A stretch of DNA of 64,000 nucleotides from Bacteroidaceae bacterium (GTDB lineage Bacteria; Bacteroidota; Bacteroidia; Bacteroidales; Bacteroidaceae): positions 1,369 through 65,368 of the forward strand of contig JAFYPU010000003.1 in NCBI GenBank assembly GCA_017547385.1. The letters run 5' to 3'. The translations under genes were made by a program, and so were the position numbers. How positions within the stretch are numbered: position 1 is the first letter of the stretch; every line of letters starts with the position of its first letter. Below are positions 8,576-18,520 of this stretch, piece after piece. The notes under the pieces were generated by a model, which ran no database searches, was not told where the DNA came from, and was given only the letters and a program-made list of their open reading frames with translations.

Positions 8576-10669
8576 TTAGAGCACCACTTTCTTCACAACT
8601 ACGTCATTGCCGTTTTCAACACGCACGATGTATGCTCCCTTCGCTACGGCGATGGTGGCAGCACCGTTTACCTGAGCTTTGGCAACGAGCTTACCGTCGG
8701 TGGTGTAGACTGTGGCAGTGCCTTGAGCGGCTACCACGTTGATGGCACCTGCGGCAGCCGAAATTTCAGTAGCGAGTGTGCCGTTGGCCACTGTGTTGAG
8801 GCCGGTGGTAGCTTCGTTCAGCTTAGCCTTGGCGGCGTTCACAATTTCGCCGGAGTAGTTGTCGATGAGCAGAGCCACAACTGAGCAGTTGGCAGTCTTG
8901 CTGATGGCAGCGGGCATGGCCACTGTGATTTTGTGTGTATAAGTCTGGCCATTGGCAATGTTGTTGGGCAAGCTGCCTTCGATGCCCCAGCAGTTGTAGA
9001 TGCCGCGAGCAATGGCGTCGAAAGTTGTGCGGTAGGGTGAGCCCAAAGAGGCAAGTTCTTGCAGTTCTTTCGGCTGTCCGCTCATGTTTTGTCCGCTGTA
9101 GTAGTTCTGTTGCGCACCGCTGATGCCGTCTTCCAGAATGACGTAGGCCACGCTGTAGCTTCCGTTGTTGTCGCTCAGGCTGAAGGTGGTGTGCGAACCG
9201 AGTTCCACAGAAGCTCCATCGGCGCTCACAGTGCTGCACACACCGATTTTAGCTTCGGCGGGGATGGCGTTGATGGCCTGGACATAATTTTCAGCATCGA
9301 AGCCTTCGCCGCTCTCTCCGAAGAAGGGGTCGCCGCTGTAGAAACGGTTGAACAGTGCATAGGGAGCAGCACCAATCATGTTGTAGATGTCCGAATAGGT
9401 GTCAGTCTGGAAATTGTCTTGCCAGTGCACGGTGATTCCGATGAAGTCGTTAGGATATTTTTCCTTGAGCAATTCCATTGCTACATGGCCACGCGGACAC
9501 CATCCACACCATGTGCCGGTGATTTGTTCCATCACGGCTTTGCGGGCATAGGGAGTGTCGAGACTGATGATGAGGTTGCCTATTTTGTTATCGGCTTCCC
9601 AAGTGTCGGTGCCGGCATTCAGCGCTTTGGGAGTGATGACAATGGGATAGCGGCCGGGAGTCGCGGGAGCCACGTCCTGAACGATGAAAGAGGCGGCTTC
9701 GAGATAAGTGAGGCAGCTCTCATCGCCGTTTTCGTCCGTTACGGGGATGCTGACCTCTCTTGTTTCTCCGTTAAGCTCATATTGGAGCGTGATGTTGGAG
9801 AGGGGATACGCACCCATGTTGGTGAACTGCACGGGGAAGCTGACGCCTTCGCCGGACTTTCCGCGTGTAGGCTCGGCATAGTTCATGGCAATGTCCAATT
9901 GCTGCAAGCCGTTGTTGCCTTCGGTGTAGCATTCTATGGTAACCGCTCCGAAGTATTGGGTGAAATCCCACCAACCAGCATAATCGCTGCCTTGGGGTGC
10001 AAAGTTAACCAATACACCATAGTTGGTCATGGGGTAGGTGAAGAAGAAGTTGTTGGTGCTTGTCAACCAACTGCATTCCACTGTGTAACCTACGAAGAGG
10101 TCTTTGTCGCCGGTGATGACGTAGTCGCAGTCAACTGTGTAGTTTGCACCAACTTCGGTGCCGTCTTGCAACTTCATGTCGCTCGGAAGGTCAACATCGG
10201 CTTCGGTTTCCCAAAGACTGGTGGAGGACTCCAAGTTGTCTTTAATCCAAACCTTAACATAAACAGCTCCATCGGGCACAATCAAGCTGATTTTTTTGAT
10301 GGCGTTGCCTGCGAAGCGTGCTGTCAGGTCTTGGGAGTAGTGAGTGGCATAAGACACTTGTTCTGCTACATCATTGATTTGGTTCATGCTCAAGAACGAC
10401 ATCAAATCGTAGTAATACATTCCGTAGAACGGATTGTTCACTGTCAGCACTTTGGGATCCATTGCGTAATCATCCCATTGGCCGTTGCGAGCGGCTTTGT
10501 CGCCGGCAGAAATCTGGATGGGGCTTACTTTGGTTGCCTCAAATTGACGCACCCCTTCCACTTTGGTTTGTCTCTCAGCGTTGAAACCGCGCTGGATTTT
10601 GGCCACTTGGGCATCAACGGTGCACATCAAGCCCATGAAAGCCATGCAAAGAAGTAGAATTTTCTTCAT
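8576..10669 (-). CDS. Omp28-related outer-membrane protein with CxxC motif and T9SS C-terminal domain
   Basis: Signal peptide; RKAVMEQITGTWCGWCPRG; VAYVILEDG; C-terminus VYTTDGKLV...KGAYIVRV...KKVVL. Confidence 0.85.
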   Translation of the reverse strand: MKKILLLCMAFMGLMCTVDAQVAKIQRGFNAERQTKVEGVRQFEATKVSPIQISAGDKAARNGQWDDYAMDPKVLTVNNPFYGMYYYDLMSFLSMNQINDVAEQVSYATHYSQDLTARFAGNAIKKISLIVPDGAVYVKVWIKDNLESSTSLWETEADVDLPSDMKLQDGTEVGANYTVDCDYVITGDKDLFVGYTVECSWLTSTNNFFFTYPMTNYGVLVNFAPQGSDYAGWWDFTQYFGAVTIECYTEGNNGLQQLDIAMNYAEPTRGKSGEGVSFPVQFTNMGAYPLSNITLQYELNGETREVSIPVTDENGDESCLTYLEAASFIVQDVAPATPGRYPIVITPKALNAGTDTWEADNKIGNLIISLDTPYARKAVMEQITGTWCGWCPRGHVAMELLKEKYPNDFIGITVHWQDNFQTDTYSDIYNMIGAAPYALFNRFYSGDPFFGESGEGFDAENYVQAINAIPAEAKIGVCSTVSADGASVELGSHTTFSLSDNNGSYSVAYVILEDGISGAQQNYYSGQNMSGQPKELQELASLGSPYRTTFDAIARGIYNCWGIEGSLPNNIANGQTYTHKITVAMPAAISKTANCSVVALLIDNYSGEIVNAAKAKLNEATTGLNTVANGTLATEISAAAGAINVVAAQGTATVYTTDGKLVAKAQVNGAATIAVAKGAYIVRVENGNDVVVKKVVL

Positions 10670-10830
10670 GCTGTGTTATTGTTTAGTTAGTTAATAATGA
10701 GTTTTCGGAAATAATATCCGGCAAATGTATAGTCTTCTTGCGTAATATGCAAGCAAAATGTAGAAAATGAGACCTTGAAGATTGATGATGCAGTCTTGTT
10801 TTGCGGATTTCTGCTTATTTTTTGAGATTT

Positions 10831-10911
10831 TGTGCAAGGCTTTGTGATGAAATCTGCAAGCACTGTAGAAAAATCTGCAAGCACTGCAGATATTTCTAAA
10901 CGCTGTGTAAA
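10831..10911. repeat. Family A 21-bp-phased palindrome array, about 4 units
   Basis: TCTGCAAGCACTGTAGA at 10853 and TCTGCAAGCACTGCAGA at 10874; degenerate outer units at about 10831 and at 10895. Confidence 0.85.
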
Positions 10912-11050
10912 TTTTTGTATAGTGCAAGGTCGTTTTTGTAACAAAGTGTCAGAGGAGTCTGTACGGCCGATGTAAAAATGTAAGGGGGATATAGATTTTT
11001 TTTCGATGGGATTTCGCGCTTTCGTTCCAAAGTGGGAAACTCCTAAAAAC

Positions 11051-11114
11051 AAAAAAATTGATTGTCTCACGACAACCAATCTTCACTAACCTTAAATCTA
11101 ATACCATGAAAAAC
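11051..11114 (-). ncRNA. Candidate small RNA (~64 nt) with its own promoter and terminator
   Basis: Minus-strand TACTTTTG (-7 box, 11126-11119), then GTTTTTCATGGTATTAGATTTAAGGTTAGTGAAG, then hairpin ATTGGTTGTC-GTGA-GACAATCAAT and a T-run; no ORF inside. Confidence 0.7.
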
Positions 11115-11465
11115 GATGCAAAAGTATGGCTTTCGGGGTAATTGTGCAAGCGGTGGGAAAAGAAAAAACGAAAAAGGCGCGTTTTGGACTGTTTTTTAAC
11201 ACTTGAAATCTGAGAATGCCAAGTGGAGTTGTCAGAAGTGCTGATAAAGAATTTGATAGACGCTGCGAATTGGCGTTTTCCAATCTCACCTAAAGTATTC
11301 GTTGAAGGTGTAAAGACGGATCTGAGGGTATATATACTTATATAATTATACACGTGCGCGAGGAATGCGGCTTGGTTTTTCATATATGTGAAAATAAATC
11401 GTTATTTTTGCTTCGTAAAAGCACGCTCCCGGGGTTGTTGGTCTTTATCGCCTTGACGACGCGGG

Positions 11466-14400
11466 GTGAGGCTTTTTCATAAACCTGAAACGGACTTCGG
11501 CTTTATCAGATGTCTTAAACACATAGTGCGCGTAGTGGTGGGACTCCTCTTGGGGCTCTACCTGCTTTTGTTGTTCGGACTAAACATGCCGCCCGTGCAA
11601 CGATGGTTGGGGCGGACGGCAGCTTCGGCACTGCAGGAGCAACTGCATACTTCGGTCAATGTGGAACGGATGGAGGTGGGGCTTTTCAATCGTGTTACGC
11701 TGCGAGATGTGGAAATCGACGACCGTAGCGGAAAAGCCTTGCTTGATGCCCGTCTGCTCTCCGCCAAGATTGAAATTTTGCCGCTGCTTCATGGCGAAGT
11801 GTCGTTGCGCATGGTGTCCGTGTTGGATGGAAAGATAAATCTCTATAAAACTTCTCCGGAGGCGGCTCCCAATTTCCAATTTATCATTGATGCTTTCAAG
11901 AAAGAAGACGATGAGAAACCCTCGTCGCTCAATCTGCGCATCAATTCTGTGGTGCTGCGCCGATGTGATGTGGCCTACAACGAGCATTTTCGGCCGGCCA
12001 CTCCCGGTGCCCTCAATTTGAGTCATCTGCATGTGCAAGGGTTGGATGTTAACGTGAGTCTGAAACGGTTGACTTCTGACAGTCTCAATCTGCGTGTGCG
12101 AAGTTTCAAGATGGCGGAGCAGAGCGGTTTGGCCATCGACCGAATGGCACTGCGTTTGGCCGGTAACCGCAAGGGATTTTCGGTGAGCGGTTTCGAATTG
12201 TCGATGCCGCACGGAACTCATCTTGAGCAGGAAGCCCTGCAAGCCACATACGACATGGATGCCCCGGGCGGACTTTGGCAAACGCTGCGACTCACCGGTA
12301 GGTTGAGGCAGGCCAAAGTGGCCACCGATGATGTGGCTTTTGTTTTTCCGAAACTCCGTTCGCTCAATCGTATTGTGGAGATGGCTTCTTCTTTCTCCAT
12401 TCGGCCGCAGGACATCTCGCTGAAGGATATTCGCCTGAGCGATGCCGATAATGATTTGATGCTCTCGGGCAATGTGTTGATGCAACGTGAAGCCGGCAAA
12501 GTGGTGGCCATGAAAGCACAGGTGGGCGATTTGCATCTGGAAAACGACTTATTGCAATCTGTGGTTGGGATGTTCGCATCCCAGGTGCCGACGGTGGTGG
12601 CCAAAGTGGGCGATATAGATTTTAGCGGTGATGTTGATTATCACCAACAAGGGCAGAGCAAAGCCGAAGGCACACTCTCGATGGCTGCCGGCACACTAAA
12701 TGCACGTGTGGGCTGGAAGGGAACACAGCTGGAAGCACAAGTGAAATCAGACAGTCTCAATCCGGCGGTGTTGTTTCAAGCCAAGGGCGTTCCGCACCGA
12801 CTCTCTTTCAACGTGGAAGGCGAAGGAGATGTGTCGCAACAACATCCGCAATTGCGCTTCACCGGTCGGATCAACCAAGTGGCTTTGCCCGAATATACTT
12901 ACAAGGATGTTGACATATCGGGCAACTGGCGCAATCATCAATTTATCGCTGACGTGAAATCGGACGACCCGAATGCAAAACTCAGAACCAATGTGTCCGG
13001 ACGTTTCGATGGAAAACGTTTTTCTGCCCTTGCCTTGTCGGCAGATGTCGAAAGTTTCAACCCTCATGCGTTGGGCTTGATAAAAAAATATAGCGGTGTG
13101 CAGTTTGCTTCGCACCTCGAAGCAGAAATGGCTGACACCGACTTCGGAAATCCCAACCTCTCTTTGCGTGTTTCCGATTTTGCAATGCTTTCTCCTGAAA
13201 AGCCTTATTATCTTGATCATCTCAACTTGAATATACACCCGGTGCCTGAAGGCTCGCACTTGAGCCTGAAGAGTGATTTCGCTGTGGCCGAAGTGCGCGG
13301 TCCGTTCTCGTTGGAAAATGTCAAAGCCTGTGCCCGGGAACTTCTCTTGCAGAGTATGCCATCGTTGGCTGATATGCTAAAAGCGGGAAAACCTTCCGGC
13401 AATTTGCGCATGTCGGCCCGCATTTTCAATACCGACTTCCTGCCGGCCTTGCTCGATGTGCCACTCACATTGCATGGCACTGCAACATTGGAAGGTGCGC
13501 TCAATGCTGACAGCACGCGCTCCACACTTTCGCTGTATGCTCCCGGAATTACGTACGCAGAGAACCGAATAGACGACATTCGTTTCTACATGCGCGGCGA
13601 AGACGGAAGATTGGCCTTGTTGGCACAAGCAGAAACGCAAATCAAGGGTTCAAACATGGAGTTGGTGCTTGATGCATCGGCCACGGAGGATCAATTGTTG
13701 GCCTCGCTTGATTGGGACGACAGCGGTCTCCATCGTTATCGCGGAGCACTCAGTGCCGTTACGGAGTTTGGGGGGCAAGGTTCCGAAAAAGAAATCCGAA
13801 CCACGCTCATCCCGACCACGATTTCCATCAACGACACTGTGTGGAATGTGGCTTCGGGAAAATTTTCTTGGAACGGCAATGCCATGAGTATCGATCGCTT
13901 CAGCCTGAACCATGAAGCTTCGGCTTTAACCATAGACGGGCAGTTGGCCAAAGACACCGGCGACTCCATTATTGCAGACTTGAAGAACATTGATGTGTCA
14001 TACATCCTGAATTTGGTTAACTTCCATGCCGTGGAATTCGGTGGCCATGCCACGGGACGTGCAACGCTTTCATCTTCATTGAAAAATCCGATGGTGGATG
14101 CCCGTCTGCGAGTGCCGGATTTCCATTTCAATGGGGCATATTTGGGCGATGCCGATATACGTGGCGGATGGAACAACCGAGAAAAGCAAATCGAGTTTGA
14201 CGCAAAGATGACTGAAGAGGGAATTGGTTGGACCACCGTGAAAGGATATGTGTCTCCCCCCCGAAAATGTCTGGATTTGCGCATCGGCAGCGAGAACACC
14301 AATCTGGCTTTCTTGAACCGCTATGTGACGGGCATCTTCGGCGATTTGGAAGGTCGCGCTACAGGCTTCACTCGTCTGCATGGACCTTTCAAGGAGCTGG

Positions 14401-15911
14401 ACTTTGAGGGCAAAGAGCAGGCCCGCGTCAGTGCAAAGATTTTAGCCACCGGCGTAACTTATTATTTGAGCGGCGGAAGTGTGGACTTGTCGGCCGGCCG
14501 TTTTTCCTTCAACAATATGGATGTGGAAGATGGTTTGGGAGGTCGCGGTCGCATCTCCGGTTTTCTGGGCCATAAGCATCTGAAAGATATTACTTATGAT
14601 TTTCATTTGGATGCCGACAACATGCTTGTGTACGACAAGCCGAAATCTGTGGATATGCCGTTCTTTGCCACGGTGTATGGAACGGGAAAAGTAAACTTGA
14701 AGGGCGAACCCGGATATTTCACAGCCGATATCGATATGAGCCCGGAGGAAAACACCACCTTCACCTATACCATTGACACTCCCGAGGCCTTGGGCGATGT
14801 CGGCTTCTTGAGTTTTGGTAATCGGGCTGTTGATGCTGACAGTGCCTCTCATGAAAGCGAAACGGACGAGACGGTGGCTACATCCGGCACGGACATTCGT
14901 CTGAACTTCTTGCTTGACATGAATGAAAACGCTGCCATGAAAATCATTATGGACGAGAAAGCCGGCGACAACATTTCCGTAACGGGCAATGGCATCATGC
15001 GTGCTTCGTTTCACAACAAAGGCGATTTTCAGATGTATGGCACCTATACGGTGAAGGAAGGAAAATATCGATTGAGCATTCAGGATTTCATCAGAAAGGA
15101 TTTGGAAATGGCGGAAGGCAGTAAACTTGTTTTTGCCGGCAATCCGCAACGTGGTACGCTTGATCTGAAAGCCGTTTATGTGGTTAATTCGGCTTCGCTC
15201 AGCGATTTGAATATCGGCAGCAGCCTAAGCGAAAGTTCCACTCGCGTGAATTGCATACTCAACATTCGTGGAGAAGTGCAGAATCCCGAGGTGAGCTTTG
15301 ATTTGGAATTGCCATCGGTCAGCGCGGATGAAATGCAGATGGTGCGAAACCTTATCAGCACGGAGGAAGACATGAATATGCAAATTCTCTATTTGTTGGG
15401 CGTGGGGCGCTTCTATACCTACGATTTCAGCACCACGGAGACTGCAGCTCGCCAATCGCAATCATCGGTGGCTATGAAGTCGTTCTTGACGAGCACATTG
15501 AGTTCGCAACTCAACGAAATCATCGGCAACGCTATCGGCAGCTCCAACTGGACTTTCGGAACAAATCTGAGTACCGGTGAAGTGGGGTGGAGCGACATGG
15601 AGGTGGAAGGCATTCTCACCGGAAGGCTGCTCAACAATCGTTTGTTGTTCAACGGAAATTTCGGATACCGTGAGCGTCCTGTTTATAACAACTCCAATTT
15701 TGTGGGAGACTTTGACATACGCTATCTGCTCACTCCCGGAGGCGGTGTGAGCCTGAAAGCTTACAGCGAAACCAATGACCGGTATTTCACCAAGTCTTCG
15801 CTCACCACGCAGGGCATTGGCGTGATGCTGAAGCGCGATTTCCATAATTTCAAAGACCTGTTTACACCTGGCAAACGCAAGAAGAAGCAAAAGACCAAAG
15901 CACAGCCGTGA
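11466..15911 (+). CDS. tamB: Translocation/assembly module TamB-domain protein
   Basis: 1481 aa; N-terminal membrane anchor; beta-rich body; C-terminus LLNNRLLFNGNFGYR...FVGDFDIRYLL...TQGIG. Exact start is uncertain. Confidence 0.88.
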   Translation: MRLFHKPETDFGFIRCLKHIVRVVVGLLLGLYLLLLFGLNMPPVQRWLGRTAASALQEQLHTSVNVERMEVGLFNRVTLRDVEIDDRSGKALLDARLLSAKIEILPLLHGEVSLRMVSVLDGKINLYKTSPEAAPNFQFIIDAFKKEDDEKPSSLNLRINSVVLRRCDVAYNEHFRPATPGALNLSHLHVQGLDVNVSLKRLTSDSLNLRVRSFKMAEQSGLAIDRMALRLAGNRKGFSVSGFELSMPHGTHLEQEALQATYDMDAPGGLWQTLRLTGRLRQAKVATDDVAFVFPKLRSLNRIVEMASSFSIRPQDISLKDIRLSDADNDLMLSGNVLMQREAGKVVAMKAQVGDLHLENDLLQSVVGMFASQVPTVVAKVGDIDFSGDVDYHQQGQSKAEGTLSMAAGTLNARVGWKGTQLEAQVKSDSLNPAVLFQAKGVPHRLSFNVEGEGDVSQQHPQLRFTGRINQVALPEYTYKDVDISGNWRNHQFIADVKSDDPNAKLRTNVSGRFDGKRFSALALSADVESFNPHALGLIKKYSGVQFASHLEAEMADTDFGNPNLSLRVSDFAMLSPEKPYYLDHLNLNIHPVPEGSHLSLKSDFAVAEVRGPFSLENVKACARELLLQSMPSLADMLKAGKPSGNLRMSARIFNTDFLPALLDVPLTLHGTATLEGALNADSTRSTLSLYAPGITYAENRIDDIRFYMRGEDGRLALLAQAETQIKGSNMELVLDASATEDQLLASLDWDDSGLHRYRGALSAVTEFGGQGSEKEIRTTLIPTTISINDTVWNVASGKFSWNGNAMSIDRFSLNHEASALTIDGQLAKDTGDSIIADLKNIDVSYILNLVNFHAVEFGGHATGRATLSSSLKNPMVDARLRVPDFHFNGAYLGDADIRGGWNNREKQIEFDAKMTEEGIGWTTVKGYVSPPRKCLDLRIGSENTNLAFLNRYVTGIFGDLEGRATGFTRLHGPFKELDFEGKEQARVSAKILATGVTYYLSGGSVDLSAGRFSFNNMDVEDGLGGRGRISGFLGHKHLKDITYDFHLDADNMLVYDKPKSVDMPFFATVYGTGKVNLKGEPGYFTADIDMSPEENTTFTYTIDTPEALGDVGFLSFGNRAVDADSASHESETDETVATSGTDIRLNFLLDMNENAAMKIIMDEKAGDNISVTGNGIMRASFHNKGDFQMYGTYTVKEGKYRLSIQDFIRKDLEMAEGSKLVFAGNPQRGTLDLKAVYVVNSASLSDLNIGSSLSESSTRVNCILNIRGEVQNPEVSFDLELPSVSADEMQMVRNLISTEEDMNMQILYLLGVGRFYTYDFSTTETAARQSQSSVAMKSFLTSTLSSQLNEIIGNAIGSSNWTFGTNLSTGEVGWSDMEVEGILTGRLLNNRLLFNGNFGYRERPVYNNSNFVGDFDIRYLLTPGGGVSLKAYSETNDRYFTKSSLTTQGIGVMLKRDFHNFKDLFTPGKRKKKQKTKAQP

Positions 15912-16190
15912 TTTTGCGCTGCGAGTGAGGATGCTTGCTGTTTGTTATCTAAGTGTTTGATAGCCTTTTGCGTGTGCGTTGTGCTATTTCTTGTTGTTTT
16001 CTCATCGTTAGCGTGTGATTTTGTAACCTTGACTTGTCTTTTTGTGTGCGAAAGTCAATAAAAAAAGTCGTTTGTTGCGCAAAATGAGGGAGTTTGTGTG
16101 AAATTTGTTTCCATTGCTTTATCTTTGCACTCGAATTCAGAGCAGTAGAAACAGCCTGGTAAACACTTTAAACTATAAATATATAAATCT

Positions 16191-16394
16191 ATGTTACAAG
16201 CAAAGGCCGGTGAATTTGCCGGAAAAATCTGGAGCGCATTGAGCGAAAACGGTGAAATGGTAGGCAAGGACCTGAAAAAGGCTGCCAAACTGAAGAGCGA
16301 CAAGGAACTCTATCTTGGCCTCGGATGGTTGCTCCGCGAAGACAAGGTTGAAACTGCAGAAGTTGAGAAGGATATCAAGGTTGTCTTGAAGTAA
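16191..16394 (+). CDS. Small winged helix-turn-helix protein (DUF2582-like)
   Basis: AGKIWSAL...LYLGLGWLLREDK; promoter TATCTTTG at about 16120 and a downstream terminator. Confidence 0.85.
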   Translation: MLQAKAGEFAGKIWSALSENGEMVGKDLKKAAKLKSDKELYLGLGWLLREDKVETAEVEKDIKVVLK

Positions 16395-16425
16395 GATCCC
16401 GACCAATCGTCTAAAAAAGTACAGC

Positions 16426-16468
16426 AGAGAGGGTACGTCGTTTTATTCACGATGTGCCCTCTCTCTTT
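16426..16468 (+). terminator. Intrinsic terminator
   Basis: AGAGAGGGTACGTCG...CGATGTGCCCTCTCT followed by CTTT. Confidence 0.7.
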
Positions 16469-16567
16469 GTGTGTGCGGTAAGTCGGGGAATAGCTTTGTT
16501 GTGAAGTGGCAAGTGTTCCAGATAGCTCGATTTGAGCATAAAATTACTGCACTGCTTCGGGCGAAAA

Positions 16568-16626
16568 TCTGCAAGGCGTTTAGAATTTTCTACAAGCACT
16601 GCAGAATTTTCTAAACGCCTTGCGGA
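16568..16626. repeat. Family A 21-bp-phased palindrome array, 3 units
   Basis: TCTGCAAGGCGTTTAGA / TCTACAAGCACTGCAGA / TCTAAACGCCTTGCGGA at 16568, 16589 and 16610; near-identical to 61618-61676. Confidence 0.92.
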
Positions 16627-16728
16627 TTTCTGTTTTTCCTGTGTCGTTTTTTTTATGGCTCAATAAAGATGAAAGTGAAGGCTGCATTCGCTTATTTTTC
16701 ATACATTTGTAAAAATTAATTCTTCCGT

Positions 16729-17892
16729 ATGAAAAAGTTATCATTCAATGTATGTTTATGGCTCGTCCCGATGTTGTTTTCGGGACAGCTTTGGGCGCAG
16801 CCCCAAAATGGGTCGGGCAGAACACTGCCCGTTGTGTTAAAAACATTGCAGCAGAAAATGGTGTTTATGGGTGGCGGAACATTTGTGATGGGAGCCGTCG
16901 GTGATGAAGAGGCCGTCGCGCAGCAAGATGAGAAGCCGGCGCATGAGGTTGAACTGTCATCGTTTTCAATTTCAAAATATGAAGTTACGCAAGCCGAATG
17001 GGTGGCTGTGATGGGCGAAAACCCTTCGCATTTCAAAGGAGATGATTTGCCTGTGGAGAATGTGAGCTGGGAGGATTGTCAGGAGTTTATCCAAAGGTTG
17101 AACCAAATGACCGGCCAAAACTTCAGGCTGCCCACAGAAGCCGAGTGGGAGTATGCTGCCCGTGGCGGAGTCTTTGCCCGAAACACTATTCCTCGTAACA
17201 AACAAATCCGCAGCACCATGGCATGGGGTGCGAACAACAGTCGGAACACCACCCACAAGGTAGGAAGCAAAATGCCTAATGAACTGGGATTTTTTGATAT
17301 GGTTGGCAATGTGGCTGAATGGTGTTCGGATTGGTATGCTGCCGATTATTATTCGCTTTCACCCAAGAAAGATCCGCTGGGACCGTCCGTCGGAAGCTTG
17401 AAAGTGGTCAGAGGAGGTTCGTTCTGTTTTGGCAGATGTGATGAGGCAGAGCGTGGTTATTTCTCACCGCAAGGACGATACCGGAATGTGGGGTTTCGCT
17501 TGGCACTTGAGAGCTTGACCGTGGCTACGGTTAGGGAAGATAAAAGAGGGGAAGGTACCATCATAGACCCATTGGAGAGCCGTGTTTTCTCGGTTGTTGA
17601 GGAGCAACCTCGTTTTCCGGGAGGAGACGCAGCCTTGATGACGTATCTTCGCAACAACCTGCGCTATCCCTCTTCGGCAAGGCAGAACAACATTCAAGGC
17701 ATGGTGTTAGCTCAGTTTGTGGTGCTTGCAGATGGTAGCGTCGGTGATGTGGAAATTCTGAAAAGCCTGAGTCCGGATTGTGATGCGGAGGTGCGACGAC
17801 TGATAAAGACGCTCCCAAAGTTTGAACCGGGAAAGCAAAATGGACAACCGGTGAAAGTGAAATATCGCTTGCCGGTGAGGTTTTCGTTGTGA
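16729..17892 (+). CDS. FGE-sulfatase (SUMF1-like) domain fused to a TonB C-terminal domain
   Basis: F-x-MG, ISKYEVTQ, PVENVSW, RLPTEAEWEYAARGG, DMVGNVAEWC and RGGS...GFRL; then VEEQPRFPGG...YPSSARQNNIQG...PGKQNGQPVKVKYRLPVRF. Confidence 0.88.
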   Translation: MKKLSFNVCLWLVPMLFSGQLWAQPQNGSGRTLPVVLKTLQQKMVFMGGGTFVMGAVGDEEAVAQQDEKPAHEVELSSFSISKYEVTQAEWVAVMGENPSHFKGDDLPVENVSWEDCQEFIQRLNQMTGQNFRLPTEAEWEYAARGGVFARNTIPRNKQIRSTMAWGANNSRNTTHKVGSKMPNELGFFDMVGNVAEWCSDWYAADYYSLSPKKDPLGPSVGSLKVVRGGSFCFGRCDEAERGYFSPQGRYRNVGFRLALESLTVATVREDKRGEGTIIDPLESRVFSVVEEQPRFPGGDAALMTYLRNNLRYPSSARQNNIQGMVLAQFVVLADGSVGDVEILKSLSPDCDAEVRRLIKTLPKFEPGKQNGQPVKVKYRLPVRFSL

Positions 17893-17896
17893 TAAG

Positions 17897-17933
17897 AAAA
17901 GGCTGCGCTCCCATGCCGGGGCGCAGCCTTTTT
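17897..17933. terminator. Bidirectional intrinsic terminator
   Basis: AAAAGGCTGCGCTCC-catgcc-GGGGCGCAGCCTTTTT between convergent genes. Confidence 0.85.
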
Positions 17934-17980
17934 GTGAGTCGGGATGTTTCCGTAGTCTTTATCTAACGGAAAACAATGCT

Positions 17981-18520
17981 TTAATAGTTCTCAGCGTGCA
18001 GTTGGAAGTAGCTCTGTCCGTGGTCGCAAACGGGGCAAATCTCGGGAGCAGCTTTTCCGATGACGATGTGTCCGCAGTTGGAGCACTGCCAAACGCAGTC
18101 GCCGTCGCGTGAGAAGACCACCTTGTCGTCGATGTTCTTCAGGAGCTTGCGGTAGCGTTCTTCGTGATGCTTTTCGATGGCTCCAACCATCTCGAATTTG
18201 GCTGCAATTTCGTCGAATCCTTCTTCGCGAGCCTCTTTTGCCATGCGAGCGTACATGTCGGTCCATTCATAGTTCTCTCCGGCAGCTGCGTCGGCCAGGT
18301 TCACAGTGGTGGGTTGGATGCCGCCATGCAGATATTTGAACCAAATCTTGGCGTGTTCCTTTTCGTTGTTGGCAGTTTCTTCGAAGATGGCTGCCATCTG
18401 CACATATCCGTCTTTCTTGGCCTTTGATGCATAGTAAGAATACTTGTTGCGAGCCATTGATTCGCCTGCGAAAGCTTCTTGCAGGTTCTTTTCGGTCTTT
18501 GTTCCTTTGAGTTCTTTCAT
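17981..18520 (-). CDS. rbr: Rubrerythrin
   Basis: [32 protein letters not shown] and C-terminal CSNC...CPVC; start at MKELKG. Confidence 0.95.
   Translation of the reverse strand: MKELKGTKTEKNLQEAFAGESMARNKYSYYASKAKKDGYVQMAAIFEETANNEKEHAKIWFKYLHGGIQPTTVNLADAAAGENYEWTDMYARMAKEAREEGFDEIAAKFEMVGAIEKHHEERYRKLLKNIDDKVVFSRDGDCVWQCSNCGHIVIGKAAPEICPVCDHGQSYFQLHAENY

Noticed and set aside
9059-10657. Long antisense ORFs (9059-10657, 5830-6948, 7209-8402, 31492-32763, 34108-35847, 53494-54834 and others)
   Set aside because: They are shadows of well-supported genes on the opposite strand and have no recognisable motifs.
11106-11141. Plus-strand 11-aa ORF MKNDAKVWLSG with a good-looking initiation region
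   Set aside because: Promoter and terminator polarity both indicate minus-strand transcription. It is kept only as the alternative to the sRNA model.
10687-11383. ORFs crossing family A arrays with heptad-like peptides (SAVLADF/STVLADF; also 61455-61712, 49752-50030, 6888-7130)
   Set aside because: The peptide periodicity is a by-product of the 21-bp DNA repeat. Frames and strands are inconsistent between copies.
16191-16626. The small winged-helix protein as the binder of family A arrays
   Set aside because: The only support is proximity to one of seven arrays, which is expected by chance at this density.
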